Shown piece after piece: positions 1-13,925 of a stretch of DNA of 64,000 nucleotides. Numbering within the stretch: the stretch's first letter is position 1; each line of letters starts with the position of its first letter. The notes below the pieces were generated by a model that was not told where the DNA came from, did no database searches, and worked only from the letters and a program-made list of their open reading frames with translations. The stretch is from Octopus bimaculoides. Taxonomy: Eukaryota. The stretch covers positions 108,321,762-108,385,761 of the forward strand of contig NC_068983.1 of the NCBI RefSeq assembly GCF_001194135.2, written 5' to 3'. Position numbers and translations under genes: made by a program.

Positions 1-407
1 TTGAAATTCCTCAGTAATAATCAAGACAATATAGTCATATGAATATTTATTTCAACAAATAATGTAAATGCCTAAATTTAAAGAATCATTTAAATCATGT
101 TCACAGAGACAAACAGGAGAAATGCCAAAGAATTTTGTGTATACCTATGTCTTAGTAGATTGTTTTATACACAAATGCTTGATTGTAGCATTACTTTAAA
201 ATCAGAAAGATTTAAGAAATGAAGTGGATATGAAAATATTCCATTGATTAAAAATTCCAAACATAGACAAGGCATTACTTTAAACAGTTAGAGGTATTAA
301 GTAATTAATTATTTCATTAATCTATTTAGGTTATACCACTGGCTAAATGACCTAACTAGTCTTCTATCCAAAGCATTAAGTATTTTTAAAATGTTTCTCT
401 TCTTTTA

Positions 408-1098
408 CACAACAAGAATAACCCATTTCTCGACCGGATTGTGACTTGCGAAGAAAAGTGGATTCTGTATGACAACCGGTGACAATCAGCTCAGTGGTTG
501 GACACCGACGAAGCTCCACGGCACTTCCTGAAGGCAAAGTTGCACCAAAAGAAGGTCATGATGACTGTTTTGTGGCTTGCAGCCGGTCTCATCCATCACA
601 GCTTTTTGGATCCAGGCGAAGCCATTATGGTGGAGAAGCACTGTCAGTAAATGGATGAAATACATAAGAAACTATGACAATAACAGCTAGCATTGGTCAA
701 TAGAAGAGGACGAATTCTTCTCCATGACAACACTTGGCCGTACATTGCACAACTGACCCTGCAGAAGTTGAACGAACTGGGCTATGAAACTCTGGCTCAT
801 CTGCAATACTCACCAAACCTCTCGCCTACTGACTACCACTTTTTCAAGCATTTCGACAACTTCCTGTGCGAGAAATGCTTCAAAAACCAAGACGATACCA
901 AACACGCCTTCAACGACTTCATCGCTACCAAAACGCAGGATTTTTATGCTACTGGCATAAATAAACTTGTTTTGCATTGGCAAAAGTGTATTGATTCTGA
1001 TGGTGTTTATTTTGATTAATAAAGTTTTGACTGAGCTGAGATATGTGCATCTGAATTTAAATGTTAAAAACTGCAAGAACTTTCTTATGAAACTAATA
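408..1098 (+). mobile_element. Decayed mariner (Tc1/mariner, DD34D) transposon, 3' half with right TIR
   Basis: One frame from ~408 reads HNKNNPFLDRIVTCEEKWILYDNR*...HQKKVMMTVLW...ILLHDNTWPY...YSPNLSPTDYHFFKHFDNFL...WQKCIDSDGVYFD*, i.e. the mariner catalytic domain with in-frame stops and the first catalytic D changed to E. TIR-like end aaaactgcaagaactttcttatgaaactaa followed by TA at ~1097. Confidence 0.92.
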
Positions 1099-1852
1099 TA
1101 AGGAAATGGGCTTGAATCAAAAGAATCTAGATGTTAATATGAACAGCATTATGACATAAATTAACGATCAGGGTTCATAAATTGTAAAAGTATTATGAAA
1201 GTGACCATTCTCTGAGATTAAACAAATGCAGAGAATTTCATTAATTTTTGTCTCATCTATACTATATGAGATAGAAATACACTTGAAAAGTTTTAGTTCT
1301 AACCATAGACATTTGGACACCATTGTGATAAATTTAAAAACATACAGACCCTTCCAACCCAAGGCAAAAAAGAGAAAAAGCATTTAAACAAAAGCTGATG
1401 AATATGGTGAAGGCTGTTTGATTTTGAACCATGCTGCTATATATGAATATAGTGCAACTATCACAAATACAACAGGTCCATTGTTCATTGCCTACATGGC
1501 ATTTCTCCAGCAAAAGAGAATGTGAGAAATGCTAATGCTTCAATATTTATTATAGATATTAGAAATTTTCTAGTAGTAAATGAGAACAAGCGAAATTTCT
1601 TCAAATTAACACTGAGAAGGTATGTTTTAAAAGTATTGGTCATTCATTATTCAACTAAGAAATTGATTTAGTCCACTATTTGCTATTAACATCTTAATTG
1701 TTAATGGTACTGTTAAGGAGGAAGTAATATATTTTTGGTTACAGCAAAATCTAATGCATACAGTAGACAGCTGGGCAATTTACTTATTGTAAGCAGAAAA
1801 TACTTCTAAAAAAAAAAAGACATTGTCAGAAATATGTTGACAAATATACTTA

Positions 1853-1854
<2 letters not shown>

Positions 1855-1891
<37 letters not shown>

Positions 1892-2107
1892 TTTTACACA
1901 GACACACACTTGCACACACACACATACACACACACACACATGTATGTATGTATATAAATACATACACACACATACATATACTTTGTTGCAAAAATAGATT
2001 CACTTGAAAAATATGTGAAAGCTAATGAAAGCAAATTTAATCAATCAATCTATCTGTCTATCTGCTTGTCTAGCTAGCTAGCAAAACACACACACACACA
2101 CACACTT

Positions 2108-2152
<45 letters not shown>
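1855..2152. repeat. Compound (TA)n/(CA)n/(CT)n microsatellites
   Basis: Directly visible dinucleotide runs. Confidence 0.95.
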
Positions 2153-2153
<1 letters not shown>

Positions 2154-2676
2154 CTATGCTTTTATAGTTTTCCCAGCTAATATCTTACTGTCATTTTCGA
2201 CAAGAAAGATGATTTTGACTCAATGCAGAGAGTCTAAAAATTTGTATGGTGAGACTTAAAAATCTAAGGAAAAATAACAAACGCTATTAACAAGATTATA
2301 ATTTGTTAAGCTATCAAACCCCATCTTTAGAGTGTGTACAGTGTGCACTAAGCCTCCACAATAACAATATCAGAATAATGGAAAAATCCAAGCTAATGGT
2401 ATTTTTGAAAATTGTTATTAAGATATTCATGTAATTCACTAGTGATATAAATTTATAATGTTTGATAATTTTGTTTTTGCGTTTTTGCTATTTCAAAAGT
2501 GCTGGTTTTAATGTTTTGTTTGTGTTTTGCTAACATTTCTTTTTGCAAATTTGTCAGTTAATAAAGTTGTGTTCATTATATCGTATCTCTATTTCTTATT
2601 TACTGTACTCCATTTTATTTATGTCATAATAATTAAAAAGATTTTTTTCTTGAGAGACAATGGAAAATTTACAAAG

Positions 2677-2781
2677 ATGGCATCTCAAATCCTAAGGAGG
2701 TGGTTATTTGGAAAGTTTATTGTATTTATAGTATTTATAACTACACTATGTTTATTTTGTTTGGATCTTTATCATCATCAG
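2677..2781 (+). CDS. Candidate first coding exon of a type II membrane protein (short basic tail plus one TM helix)
   Basis: AAAG-ATG-G start context; encodes MASQILRRWLFGKFIVFIVFITTLCLFCLDLYHHQ; ends at CAG|GTGACT (phase 0 donor). No homolog recognised, and an out-of-frame ATG lies at 2660. Confidence 0.3.
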
Positions 2782-3344
2782 GTGACTTATTCTAAAATAT
2801 TTCTGATTGGATTCAAACAAAGCACCTTTAACTTTTGTCTGAAACTCCAAGATAAGAAATTATTATACTCTGACTTATTTGGAGTAATGACCTAATCTTA
2901 GTTGCTATAGCTACATGTTTTGACCATTTTTACCTTCTGCCATCTTTAGGTACCACTCTTATTTGGTAACATTTCTAGAATTTTGAACTAAATTCAATTC
3001 ATCACATTCGTGGGGTAAATTATTCTCATGTTCAGAATAATCTTGTATTAGTTTTTGTTATATTTGTGATGCTATTTGCTCTTTATCATTGAATTAAAGT
3101 ATATAAATAAATTTACTGATTCAAGAATTGAACTCACCCCCTCCAGGCTAACTGCAATACTTACCTTGAGAGTATATATACATGTTAAACAAAGGAGCAA
3201 GCAGCATCACAAGTAGGATAATAAGTAATGAGAACAGTCTGCTTACAAGGTCTAGCTCCTCTACTCCAGCCCTTCTTGCATAGTTTATCCCCTCACCTCC
3301 TAGGATAAAACTGCCTTTCTTGGGGTTATAGTCTTTCAAACTAC

Positions 3345-3546
3345 ATGGCAACCTCCCTTGCATTAGTGGCATGAAAACAAAGTACCCAGCACATTCAAGT
3401 GGCTGGTGTTGGGAAGGGCATCCAACCATAGAAACCATGCCAAAGTAGACAATGGAATATAATTAGTCCTTGGGCCTGCTGGATCCTGCCAAACCACCCA
3501 ACTCATACCAACCTTGAATATGGATATCAAATGAAGGTGATGATGT

Positions 3547-3572
<26 letters not shown>
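3345..3572 (+). mobile_element. RTE LINE 3' tail (5'-truncated, old copy)
   Basis: Matches the 3' UTR and terminus of the RTE copies at 41579-43197 and 62257-63921 (gttgggaagggcatccaaccatagaaac...aaccacccaactcatacca...) and ends in (GAT)n. Confidence 0.75.
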
Positions 3573-3577
<5 letters not shown>

Positions 3578-3941
3578 ACTGAATATAAAATGTAACTGCA
3601 ATATAATTGTATCAAATAAAATAACTATATCCTTCTCCCACCAAAATTGATGTAATGTCTAATGGAAATTAGAGCCACATTTTCAATAAATTATTTCTTG
3701 ATTAATAAGAAGAATTATCCTTACTCAAAAGAAATTCTTCTGTAGCATATTTAAATAGCACCCAAGTGTAATATGTTACTTGGTAAACATAGAAAAGGAA
3801 TTGTAATTAAAGAATAAGTATGAATTAAAAATAATCTTGGATGAAAAAAAAAAAATTACAGAATTCTTCTCAAAACAACTGAATACATTTGCAGCACAAT
3901 ACTATGCTTAAAATGAATTACAGTAAGCAGTATCTCAGAAT

Positions 3942-4331
3942 AGTGGAGGCGCAATGGACCAGTGGTTAGGGCAGCAGACTCGAGGTCATAGGATCGCGGT
4001 TTCAATTCCCAGACTGGGCGCTGTGTGTGTGTGTGTTTATTGAGCAAAAACACCTAAAGCTCCACAAGGCTCCGGTAGGGGATGGTGGCGAACCCTGCTG
4101 TACTCTTTCACCACAACTTTCTCTCACTCTTACTTCCTGTTCCTGTTGTGCCTGTATTTCAAAGGGTCAGCCTTGTCACACTGTGTCACGCTGAATATCC
4201 ACGAGAACTACGTTAAGGGTACACGTCTGTGGAGTGCTCAGCCATTTGCACGTTAATTTCACGAGCAGGCTGTTCCGTTGATCAGATCAACTGTAACCCT
4301 CGACGTCGTAAGCGACGGAGTGCCAACAACA
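3942..4331 (+). mobile_element. tRNA-derived SINE, family A, full length with TSD
   Basis: Pol III A box (ggcgcaatggaccagtgg) and B box (ggtttcaattcc); 3' end ggagtgccaacaaca; 10-bp direct repeat ATCTCAGAAT at 3932-3941 and 4332-4341. Confidence 0.9.
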
Positions 4332-4389
4332 ATCTCAGAATGACAAAATCTATCTTTGGGTAAACAGAGTTCTAAAATTCAAATTCCAA

Positions 4390-4860
4390 TCATCATCATC
4401 CCCATCATCATCATCATCATCATCATTTAATGTCCATTTTCTATGCAGGCATGAGTGGGATGGTTTGACAGGAGTTGGCCAGCTGGGGAGCTGTCCAGAC
4501 TCCAGTTGTTTGTTTCAGGATGGTTCTATGGCTGGATGCACTTCCTGATGCTAACCACTTTACAGAATTTATTGGAAGCTTTTTATGTGCCATCAGCATG
4601 GGTACATTTACACAGCTCCATCACAAGTGCATATTATGAGGCACCGGCATAAGTGCACTTAATGCAGAACTGGCAAGATCGCATTTTAAATGTTACCAGC
4701 ATGATTGCATCCTATGTGGCACCAACATGAATGCAATCTTACGTGACACTGGCACCTGCAAAGGATATGCCTCTATGTATAGACGACCATGATTTTATTT
4801 TGCTTGATGTGTTTTCACAAATATAACAAATCGCCACAACTCCCAGTCCCACATCATCTC
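4390..4860 (-). mobile_element. RTE LINE 3' tail/UTR with degenerate ~24-bp internal tandem repeats
   Basis: (CAT)n followed by the reverse complement of the shared RTE terminus (tttaatgtccattttctatgcaggcatgagtgggatggtttgac...). Confidence 0.8.
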
Positions 4861-7800
4861 CTCATCCAAATTTGTATATTAGTAAAGATTAATGGCTTCT
4901 GTTTTCATTGGAAGTAACATAGTTCCTGTCATTATATCGCATTACTTTTTCCATTGTTCTGTTTATAACGTTAAAACAAAACTTTAGTTGAATGTGAAAA
5001 TATAAGATAATACCTATTTTTATGTTAATATTTTATCTTATTTTGTACATGTAGTATGTCTTTGGCTTATGGTTTGGTCTAGTCATGAGCAGAGGAATAT
5101 ACCATCCTTGAGATTGGTGAAACAAATTGCAACAAACAAATATAAGCATGAAAAAACAGGGGCATAGAAACCAATGCTTGATTTCTATGATAGCACAAGA
5201 ACTATGATGGCACAAGAACTGTCACAAAGTTGAAATAAAATAATCCCAAGTTAGATTACTTCTTCATCAACTTTATGCATGCATGGAAATAATTATTGGA
5301 AACCTTGTAACTTAATTTGATGTCTTCTAGATGATCAGTTTCAGTAATTATCTATAAATCTTTAAAGTGCATATTGATAAGTGTAATTGCTCACCTTGAA
5401 CTGTTGAACCAGCATTCAGTATGTGTAACGTGTAAAAATGTAAGCATGTGATTGATATTGACTGGCTCCTATAACATTTCATTCACTAAAACTAGACCAC
5501 CATTTTGATCTTTTAAACTAAGGGTAAATCAGTATTTTTTAAACTTTTTAAGGGAAAAGCAGCACAGAGTAGGGCAGGCTCAAAAATCAATGCTCATCAC
5601 AGACATTAAAGGCTGGAAATCTCTGCTAATTAAGATGTGCTTCCATGAAAAGCACTACATGAAGTATACATGTTCATTAGTTGTTATCAACATAGTGTGA
5701 CATATACAATGTATCTCATATCTGAAATAATTGGAAGCTTAAAGAAATATTTTACAGGCTCTGCAGTAATTTCATACTATCACAAGTGGATATAAATGAA
5801 CGAGTGATATAACACTAAAAGGCTATTAACAAATTTTTGCTTTCAAATTACAAACTCTGTAAACTCCAGAGAGGCTACATTTTAAAAACACCATCTCAAT
5901 GATAATGGTTATTTCAGATTTTCATGTTAAAGAATACAATGGTGTCAAACTGTCATTAATAGGATGTTGACATACTGACAGAAGTGTTATTGCTAGTGAA
6001 GTGTCTTGGATCAAGACACAGTACAATGATGTGGTAAAGTTCAATTCTATAAGATATAGCAACATTGTATAACAGGAAAATGCATTGGTAATCCTCTTTG
6101 ATGTCATTAGAACTTCAAGAGATTGATACACTCTATAAAGGCAATGATCTTAAGTGATTCTCCAGCGACTCCATCAGTAGTGGTACTGATATAATTCTTC
6201 TAAAGGGTTCAAAAGGACAATTTAAACAAAGAAGTGTTTCCGAGGACATTTACAGCATCAATTAAAATTTAACAAGATTGAGAAATTCAGTGAAATAATG
6301 TACTTGTCCATCTCAAACTTCAGAAACAACAACAAACAAACTAATATCCCTTCTTTTTATTGATTTAAAATATTATTTTCAAAACTGGACAAAATATATT
6401 CTCAATATCTGATCCAGTTGTACAGTATTATGAAACTATTTCTAAAATGACTAACAATGCAGCAGCTATGCCTTCAAATGATACATAATATCCATCCTCT
6501 TCCTCCTCCTCATGATCATCACTTCTATGACAACTTCATTTTGGTATCTAAGTATAAAAGGGCATTTATAACTGATCTTTAAAATATTTTCTAACAAAGT
6601 GTAGGGTTGTATTATCAGGCAGCAATATTCCTAATCAGAGAAATTGATATGTACATTAGCAAACAAAATAACAGAGTTGAGATATTGTCTACCAATAAAT
6701 TTTATTATCTGATATTTTCTGGGCCTGGTTTAACTTTATTATGAGACCTAACAAACAAATAAACTGTTATTTTTATGATAGCATTCTGATGAAATGGAGA
6801 TGAGCTAGAAATGAGTCGAGTTTGTTTGTTTTCTACAATTAATAATCTACATGAATTTCATAAACTGTTATTTTATTATAGGTAAGCATGCCTTCCTTCT
6901 ATTTGATACCATAAAATCCTGATAAAATAATATCTATGGGCGTTTGAAAGAAATGTATATGTATGTACTCACACACACACACACACGCACACACACACAC
7001 ACACATTAACTTTTTCTCTTGGTAGAGTAACAATTTTACTTTTATTGTCCAAATTTGACTTTTATAGGCAACAGTACGTCTGATATCGAGTAAACAACAT
7101 TGTTAAAACATCACAAAATCAAAGAGAGGAGAAATGCTGCATAAGAATTTCTATTTGGCTTTAAATCATTACATACATATATTCATCAAACATTATTACG
7201 TCCCTCACATGTATAATGACATATGCACATCGGTATCTGAACAACCCAAATTATGAAAAAGAACAAAGTTATAATTTTGATAAATACTTTTCATTGTAGA
7301 TATGAAGAGAAAAGCCAAGTTCTAGAAAGGCTTTTTCACATTGAGAATTGAATTTTGTATTTCTTAATGGCATTTGTTGAATTCCATCTGGATAAGTGAA
7401 TAATTGAATCTGTTTTGATACTAATTACCACAAATGTGTTCCCTACCACATTACTAATGGCTAATTGGTCAGCATTAATGTATCAAGCAAGCATTTACTC
7501 TCTTACTACTTTTCTTCAGAATAAGATAATTCTTTCATTATGCATAGAGTAATACACAGAACTGATATTTAATACTAGAATGTCAACCTCAGTTGTTATA
7601 GTGGTCTGTATTCATTATAGATATAATTTAGCAGAACCTGAGAATTAATAGAGATTGGGAGACAGATTAATGATTTACTATATTTAAAATCAGGATCTTA
7701 CTAGTATAAGTTCAGACTGCTTTTTTTTTTTTTAATTCCCCAAGGCTTGATAAAATAAGATTTGCGAGTTAATTTCACTGAGCTAATTTTGTACCTTAGA

Positions 7801-10399
7801 ATGAAATTGTAACTGTGCATTAGAAAAGTCACCTAAATAAAAATAAAAAAATCTAAATAGAAAAATGTGTCACTACAAGACTTACAGAAGATTGTGAAAT
7901 GATAGTGTGTGCAATAACAGATCAATAGGTCTATTAAAAAAAAGTAAGCTTTGAAGTAACACAAATCCAAAGTAATCTAGGTGCTTGTATTAAAAGGTTT
8001 AATAGGAAGAAGTTTAGAGAATTAGAGAAATTGATTCTCTAATAAAATGGTAAATTGTATAACAAAAACAACAATGAGATTGATTTAATAGCAATGAAAT
8101 ATAAACTTAAGAGTTAGGCCATGAAAATATCCAGATACAAAAGAGGTGAGCAGTAATGTCTTGATGTTATTTATAAGGGCAAATTATTTTTATTTTATTT
8201 CAAAAAAGGAATTGAGACTTCTTGGAGTGGAGAGGTTGGAAAAGTAGGGTAATTTTGTAAGATTAGTAAAGTCAATGTGTATATTGAGTAGCTATAGACT
8301 GCTGAAAGGGGTGGATATTGAGGGTATTATTGATGGATAAAGTTGTAAGCCAGGAAATTTAGTTAAAGTATTGGTAATAAAATCCAGATAGAAAAGAAAA
8401 AGACATTGTGTTGAATGAGTCAACAAGGGCGTGTTTGCATGATTGTGCAACTGGCTAGGAATATAGGCCAAATTCCCTTCAAATCAACTTAACTCTAAAG
8501 GTAGTAATGACTTGTTGGACAATGTATCTTTAAGTTTAGAAAAAAATAATGATGAGATGGTTATGGTTGGAATGTCGTTGATCATAAGACTGTTCAGAGC
8601 TAACTTGAGGGTTTGACAATAATAATATACTGAAAGACAGACAAGTTCTGACAGTGTGTAGAGATTATTTCTATCGATTTGTTCACTTATGAAGCTGAAG
8701 ACATATTCTTGCTACTTGTATCATGTCCATAACTACAATATCATTGATATTTAATACTGCTTCTTTACACACTCATTTTATTTGTTAATTTTCTACTTTT
8801 TCCTTAGTGAAAAATAACAGGTGCAGCTGCTATTAACACAGAATCTGTTTAATTGTGTGATATAGAAACGTTATTTATCATAATTGTTTCAAGAGGCATA
8901 CTTAACATGATAGTATGTATTCACCTACAGACAAGATTGTAACTCAATAACAGAACTGATTGATGCCTGCCATTGTTTCCTCAAGTAATTTTCTAACAAA
9001 GTTAAATTGTTGGTGGAAAGTTTCCTACAGGAAATGTTACTATTTCATTGCAAATGTTTCTACTGATATCATCCAATATCCTATCTTTAAGTTTCTTCAC
9101 AATTCCAATGGCCAAAAGAATAAAAAAAGAGTTATAATCTGAGTAAGAGAAACATACAAAAGCAAATATAAGAAAAGTGTAAGTACCATATCTTCCTTTT
9201 TAAATTATATTTATCAATCTACATACTCCCTTTGGTTACAAATTGATGATTGAAGAATTTTAATTATGGTGTTAATATCTGAGGGAAGATTGTGTCTTGT
9301 CCATCTAAATGATCTGTGATTCTGATTATTTTAAGGATATTTTGATTTTGAAAAGGTAATTCAATCTCTTTTTAAAAATTTGCAATCATTACGATGCCAG
9401 CTTTGAAGAAAATTTCATAATGTAGTTGTTGTTGTGGTTAAGCCCTATGTTAGCCCTGATTGAGCAAACCTATTATTCCCACAGTCTATCCATGGACATC
9501 CTGTCTTTTCTTTGGGATTATGTAATCCTACATGTCCTTTTAAAAAATAGCAAGGGGTGATTAGGGAAAACTATTCCTATCAGCTTGAATAATCACATAG
9601 AAGTTCCTTCACTATTTTGTTGATGTGTTCATTAGTCTTAGTCTGTGTAGCACACTATGTTTTAGCTTTAAATTCCTCACGAGGGATAAAATATTTTCTG
9701 AAGATGAATAATGTTTATATGTTATCATTGCTTGTGATATTTATGCCCTGAGTCCAAATACCAGGGTCAACAACTTTACTTTCACTTATACAGAGCAGAT
9801 TAAAAAGCGTCAGTTGAATATTAAAATTAGTTTATTTGGTAATATCTGCTTCTAAAAGTAGGCATATTTTCCCCACCATAAATCCTTGTTAAAATGTTAT
9901 TACATAAAAAGCCAAAGTACCCAATGAACTGAAAATTAATCTTAATTGTAAATGTACAGATATGATGAGTGTTACTAAAGTTAGGATTATACATAATGTA
10001 GCTGGAAAGAGAAATAGTAGATATGTTGTCAACTGTGCATGACAATGGATGGACACAACTGAGAAGAGATTATTGATGTAGTATCAGGAATGAGAGCTCA
10101 TTAATAAATTTGTTTGAGAGTGAAAAGTATTTTACTTAAGTTGTCATCAATGAACCTTGGCAAAAACAACTACAGAGTCTGGAAGGGTTTTACATCAAAC
10201 TTGACATAAAAACTCTGTTAATATATATACTGTTTTTTTTAAGAAGAAAAAGCTACAGTTATATGACAAAAGTAAAAGTATAATTAATTAATCAGGTATT
10301 TTAGAGCTGTTACTGATGCTTGTACGTGGAAGAATATTTGAACTGTACCAGAAAGTTTTCATCTTCATAATTTTGGACACATTTGAGATTATATAAATT

Positions 10400-11300
10400 T
10401 GTTGTAAAGGAAATGGGACAGAGAAGTAACCCATTAAAATATGGCATATTCAAACAGTTTCTATACTTTAAAGGAAATACCTTTGAGCAGACATATGAGA
10501 TTTGATAAAAAGGAAATATAGTTTAGAGTTTCAGTATCTGAAAGTTGTAACTACAATATCACTGCAATCAATAGCTATGCTTGTACAGAGTGTGTAGAAT
10601 ATTCATTTTACTAGTTATAGTTTTATAATGAGCAAATTATAAAGTATAAGCATTGAAAGAAAACTATTGTGCATTAAATGTTATGGCTGCAGAGGAAATA
10701 ATTCTGAACAAGCAGTTAAGCTGAAGAACTACATCTGTGGATTGAGCTGACAAGAACAAGAGAATAGATTCATCCCAGTGAGAAGCTACAGAAGAAAGTG
10801 ATATATGTGTATGGAGGTGAAAATATCTTTCATATTTTTGAAAACCCCATATCTGAGAATTATGACTGGATAGAAAGATATTATTAACTAGGTCCAATAA
10901 GATTTTCTTTCATTATTCAAAGACTTTTGTTCTTTTTATTGAAATAACAGCTGCACAGTATTTGGTAATTCATATAGTAGATGTTACATTACAAATTTAT
11001 TATTCTTGTGTCAACTGTATTTGAAAAGTTAGATAGTCAATCAGTTTTGAAACTAAAGGAGAAGAAGAGTTAACAAAGATATTGAGGAAGGTTTTAGTCC
11101 CTTGATCAGTAATACTAGATTGGAATTGCTGAGAAAGTCCCTCAGTTTAAGCAATTCTCCCAAAATTAACGTTAATGAATGTCTACAACTTCAGGCAATA
11201 AGGCAATGGTGTTTAGTGAAGTTAAATTTGGAATATTATATGCTTATAGGAATTGGGAGGTTAGTCTTTGTTGTGAAAACACAGTTAGAACAAATACTTT
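10400..11300 (+). mobile_element. Possible very old L1/Tx1-like LINE endonuclease relic
   Basis: Broken frames give ...NITAINSYA... (cf. ITxINxYAP) and ...ENYCALN... (cf. GDFNCVLN) followed by KLKNYICGL...SFIFLK, in the expected order but heavily degraded. Confidence 0.25.
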
Positions 11301-12512
11301 GTAGGTGTGATTGATTCTACATGAGAACAAATTAAACATTTTTCCGCAGAAGAATATACGATATATATAAATGAGAGATGTAGTAAAATAGACAATCTGA
11401 GGATTAGAATTAATTAAATTCCATTTTCAAATGAGCTGAAAATGTCAATATATATATACATTTAGGATAACGAACAACGAAAATTAAATGAGTAAATGCA
11501 TCAGTTCATAAAGTTTAGCAATTAAAATTAATGGGGACCAATAATTAACTATATTTATCAAAAATGTGCATGAGGAAATATTAAGGATTGCAACAGTTGG
11601 AGAGATAATTTGAGTATTCAAAGGAAAGGATAATTTGAGCATTCTTTGAAAGAAGAGATATTAATCCTAAAATTGTTGGATAAATTAAATAAAATGATCA
11701 GTTGATAAAAAATATGTAGGTTAGACTAACTTCAATCACACTGTGCACAAATTACGATTTCAACAACTCTGATAAAAATTCTCATTGAAAATAATTAAAA
11801 GGAGAGATTTATAATGCATGACATTCACATGATTTATAAATTAAAATTGTTTCGAAATATATAGATAAGGAAGTGAGTAGACCTGAATAATGATAGGTGG
11901 AAAAAGTTTCAAATATCTAAGATTATAATTAAAATAAAAGAAGTTACCAAATATATGTGACTGGGATAGCCAAGTTGGACTCTACTACTAATAATGCATG
12001 TAAACTGGAATAAGAGTGTTATCAAGTATCACAAAACTCACTGAATGTAGAAGGCTGTTTTCATTTACATATACGTATATTAAACAACTCACTTTTACAC
12101 ACACACACAGCTATACCTACCTTATAATATAGAATTGAATTTTTTATAACTCAGTACTTGTTTTAAATAATGATAGGTCCCCTGGTACATATCATGGCTG
12201 AGACCCTCTCTAATTAGCACTAGGCAAAATAATTTAAGCCATATCAGGAGAGAAAAGCAGATTTAGAATTAAACAAAATGAAATTTTGACCAGAAACTCA
12301 AGCTTATTTTTTGTTTAGTATGTCTTTTACAGTTATTCAGGTAGTATCAAGCAATTTAGTTTGTTTTCAGTGCTGAGCCAATAGATAAAGATTTCTAATG
12401 AAGTGAAACAAAGGAAGGTTTGGAACATTTAATATCAACAGGTGTGTAATTTTTAGTTAAAAGCGATAATATTATTATTATTATTATTAATAATAATAAT
12501 AATAATAATAAA

Positions 12513-12711
12513 TTTTCTACTATAGGCACAAGATCTGAAATTTTTTGGGAGAGGGCTAGTCAATTAAATCAACCCTAGTACTTATTTTATTGACCCTGAA
12601 AGGATGAAAGCGAAGTTGACCTCAGTGGTATTTGAACTCAAAGCGTAAAACTAGAAGAAATGTTATTAAACATTCTGTCCAGCATGGTAACAATTCTGTC
12701 AACTTGATGCC
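12513..12711 (-). mobile_element. tRNA-derived SINE, family B
   Basis: Reverse complement of the family B core (gagttcaaat..c.gaggtc.actt.gc.tttcatcctttc.gggtc.ataaaataagtac), flanked by (TAA)n. Confidence 0.8.
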
Positions 12712-13116
12712 ATAATAATAATGCAAAAAAAAGGTATCCAGTGGGGTGATGCATACCCTACGTGCACACAAGGCTAAAATAAAATTTAAATCAATAAATA
12801 TATTCTCAAACGAATTCATATTTCAATGAAATGACATCAAGTGTTATTTCCCCTGCTTATTATTTATGCATATGTAACAAAGAAAAAAATTTGATTCACC
12901 TGTCCACCAGTTTTGAAGATAATCAAACCAAAATTTAATGAGTTTGAGGCACTCACCCAATGAACATTTCTGCCAAAATATGGGGAAATTCCATTCAGCC
13001 ACTTTCCAGTAATTTTGCAAACACACAGACAAAGAAAGACAAGCGACTGCAATACTCTGGTTTCACTTATGCATGCAGGATAATTATAAAATGTCTCATC
13101 TAAGAGTGTTAGGTAT

Positions 13117-13725
13117 ATAATTGGAGTATGTTCCAAACTTTCCCTAAAGCATACAAGAATCACCATGACAAAGTGATATTGTGAATACACTGAGAGCTGT
13201 GTGGAAAGTATGGGCTAAAATGTTTGAACAAGTGGTATGAGCACCAGCCTTTGCCAGTAGCAGAGAATGATCAGGTGAAACTCACATGGGATATGCTAAT
13301 ATACACAGATAAGAAGCTGCAACGTAACTGACCAGATATCACTCACTAACAGAAAGAGTCCAAAGAATGGACTTTCATAGATGTAGCTATACCTGCAGAC
13401 CAGAATGTTGTGAAGACAGAGGACAAACAAGTTGGGAAGTACCAAGACCCAGCATTGGATGTGAAACATATCCATCAAGCCTCAAAAGTGAGTGTGGTAC
13501 CTACTTTGATTGGTGCACTTGGACCATCTCAAAGAAAGCAATATTCTGGATTCAAAAGCTGCAAATGCCAATCTTCATAGGAAGTACTCATTTGGCAGTG
13601 GTACCTGGAACAGCATATGTGCTAAGGAAAGTGTTGCATCTCTAAGCTGTAGGATAGAACTGAGATGTAACATAGATAACTAAAAGAAGAAAGGAAAATA
13701 ATAATAACAACAATAACAATAATAA
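13117..13725 (+). mobile_element. R4/Dong-clade non-LTR retrotransposon, 3' fragment (restriction-like endonuclease domain)
   Basis: Frameshifted translation: IIGVCSKL..YKNHHDKV..IH*ELCGKYGL..NKWYEHQP..VAENDQVKLTWD..TDKKLQRN*PDI...FIDVAIPADQNVVKTEDKQVGKYQD...VVP..IGALGTISK...GTAYVLRKVLHL*. This is the end of the CCHC knuckle plus the PD-(D/E)xK domain of R4/Dong; it ends in a (TAA/CAA)n tail. Confidence 0.85.
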
Positions 13726-13925
13726 TTCTTTCTAATTGAGGTGCAAAGCCAGCATTTTTGTGCAGATTACATTAATCCCAGTACTGGACTGATACTTTAT
13801 TTTATTGAACCTGAATGAATGAACAGCAGTGTTGATAGGATTTGAGCTCAAAATGTAAAGATCTGAAAGAATTATCACTAACCATTTCATCTGACATGCT
13901 AATAATTCTGCCAGCTTGCTACCTT
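13726..13925 (-). mobile_element. tRNA-derived SINE, family B (degenerate)
   Basis: Reverse complement of the family B head and core; ends at aattctgccagcttgctacctt. Confidence 0.7.

Noticed and set aside
3945-4020. tRNA-like sequence with A and B boxes
   Set aside because: It is the head of a SINE, continuous with a SINE body, tail and TSD; not a standalone tRNA gene. Same for the heads at 39167, 44483 and 48741.
12375-12441. Segment with a good acceptor (tttgttttcag) and a CAG|GTGTGT donor
   Set aside because: Stop codons in all three frames; at best a non-coding exon, with no supporting evidence.
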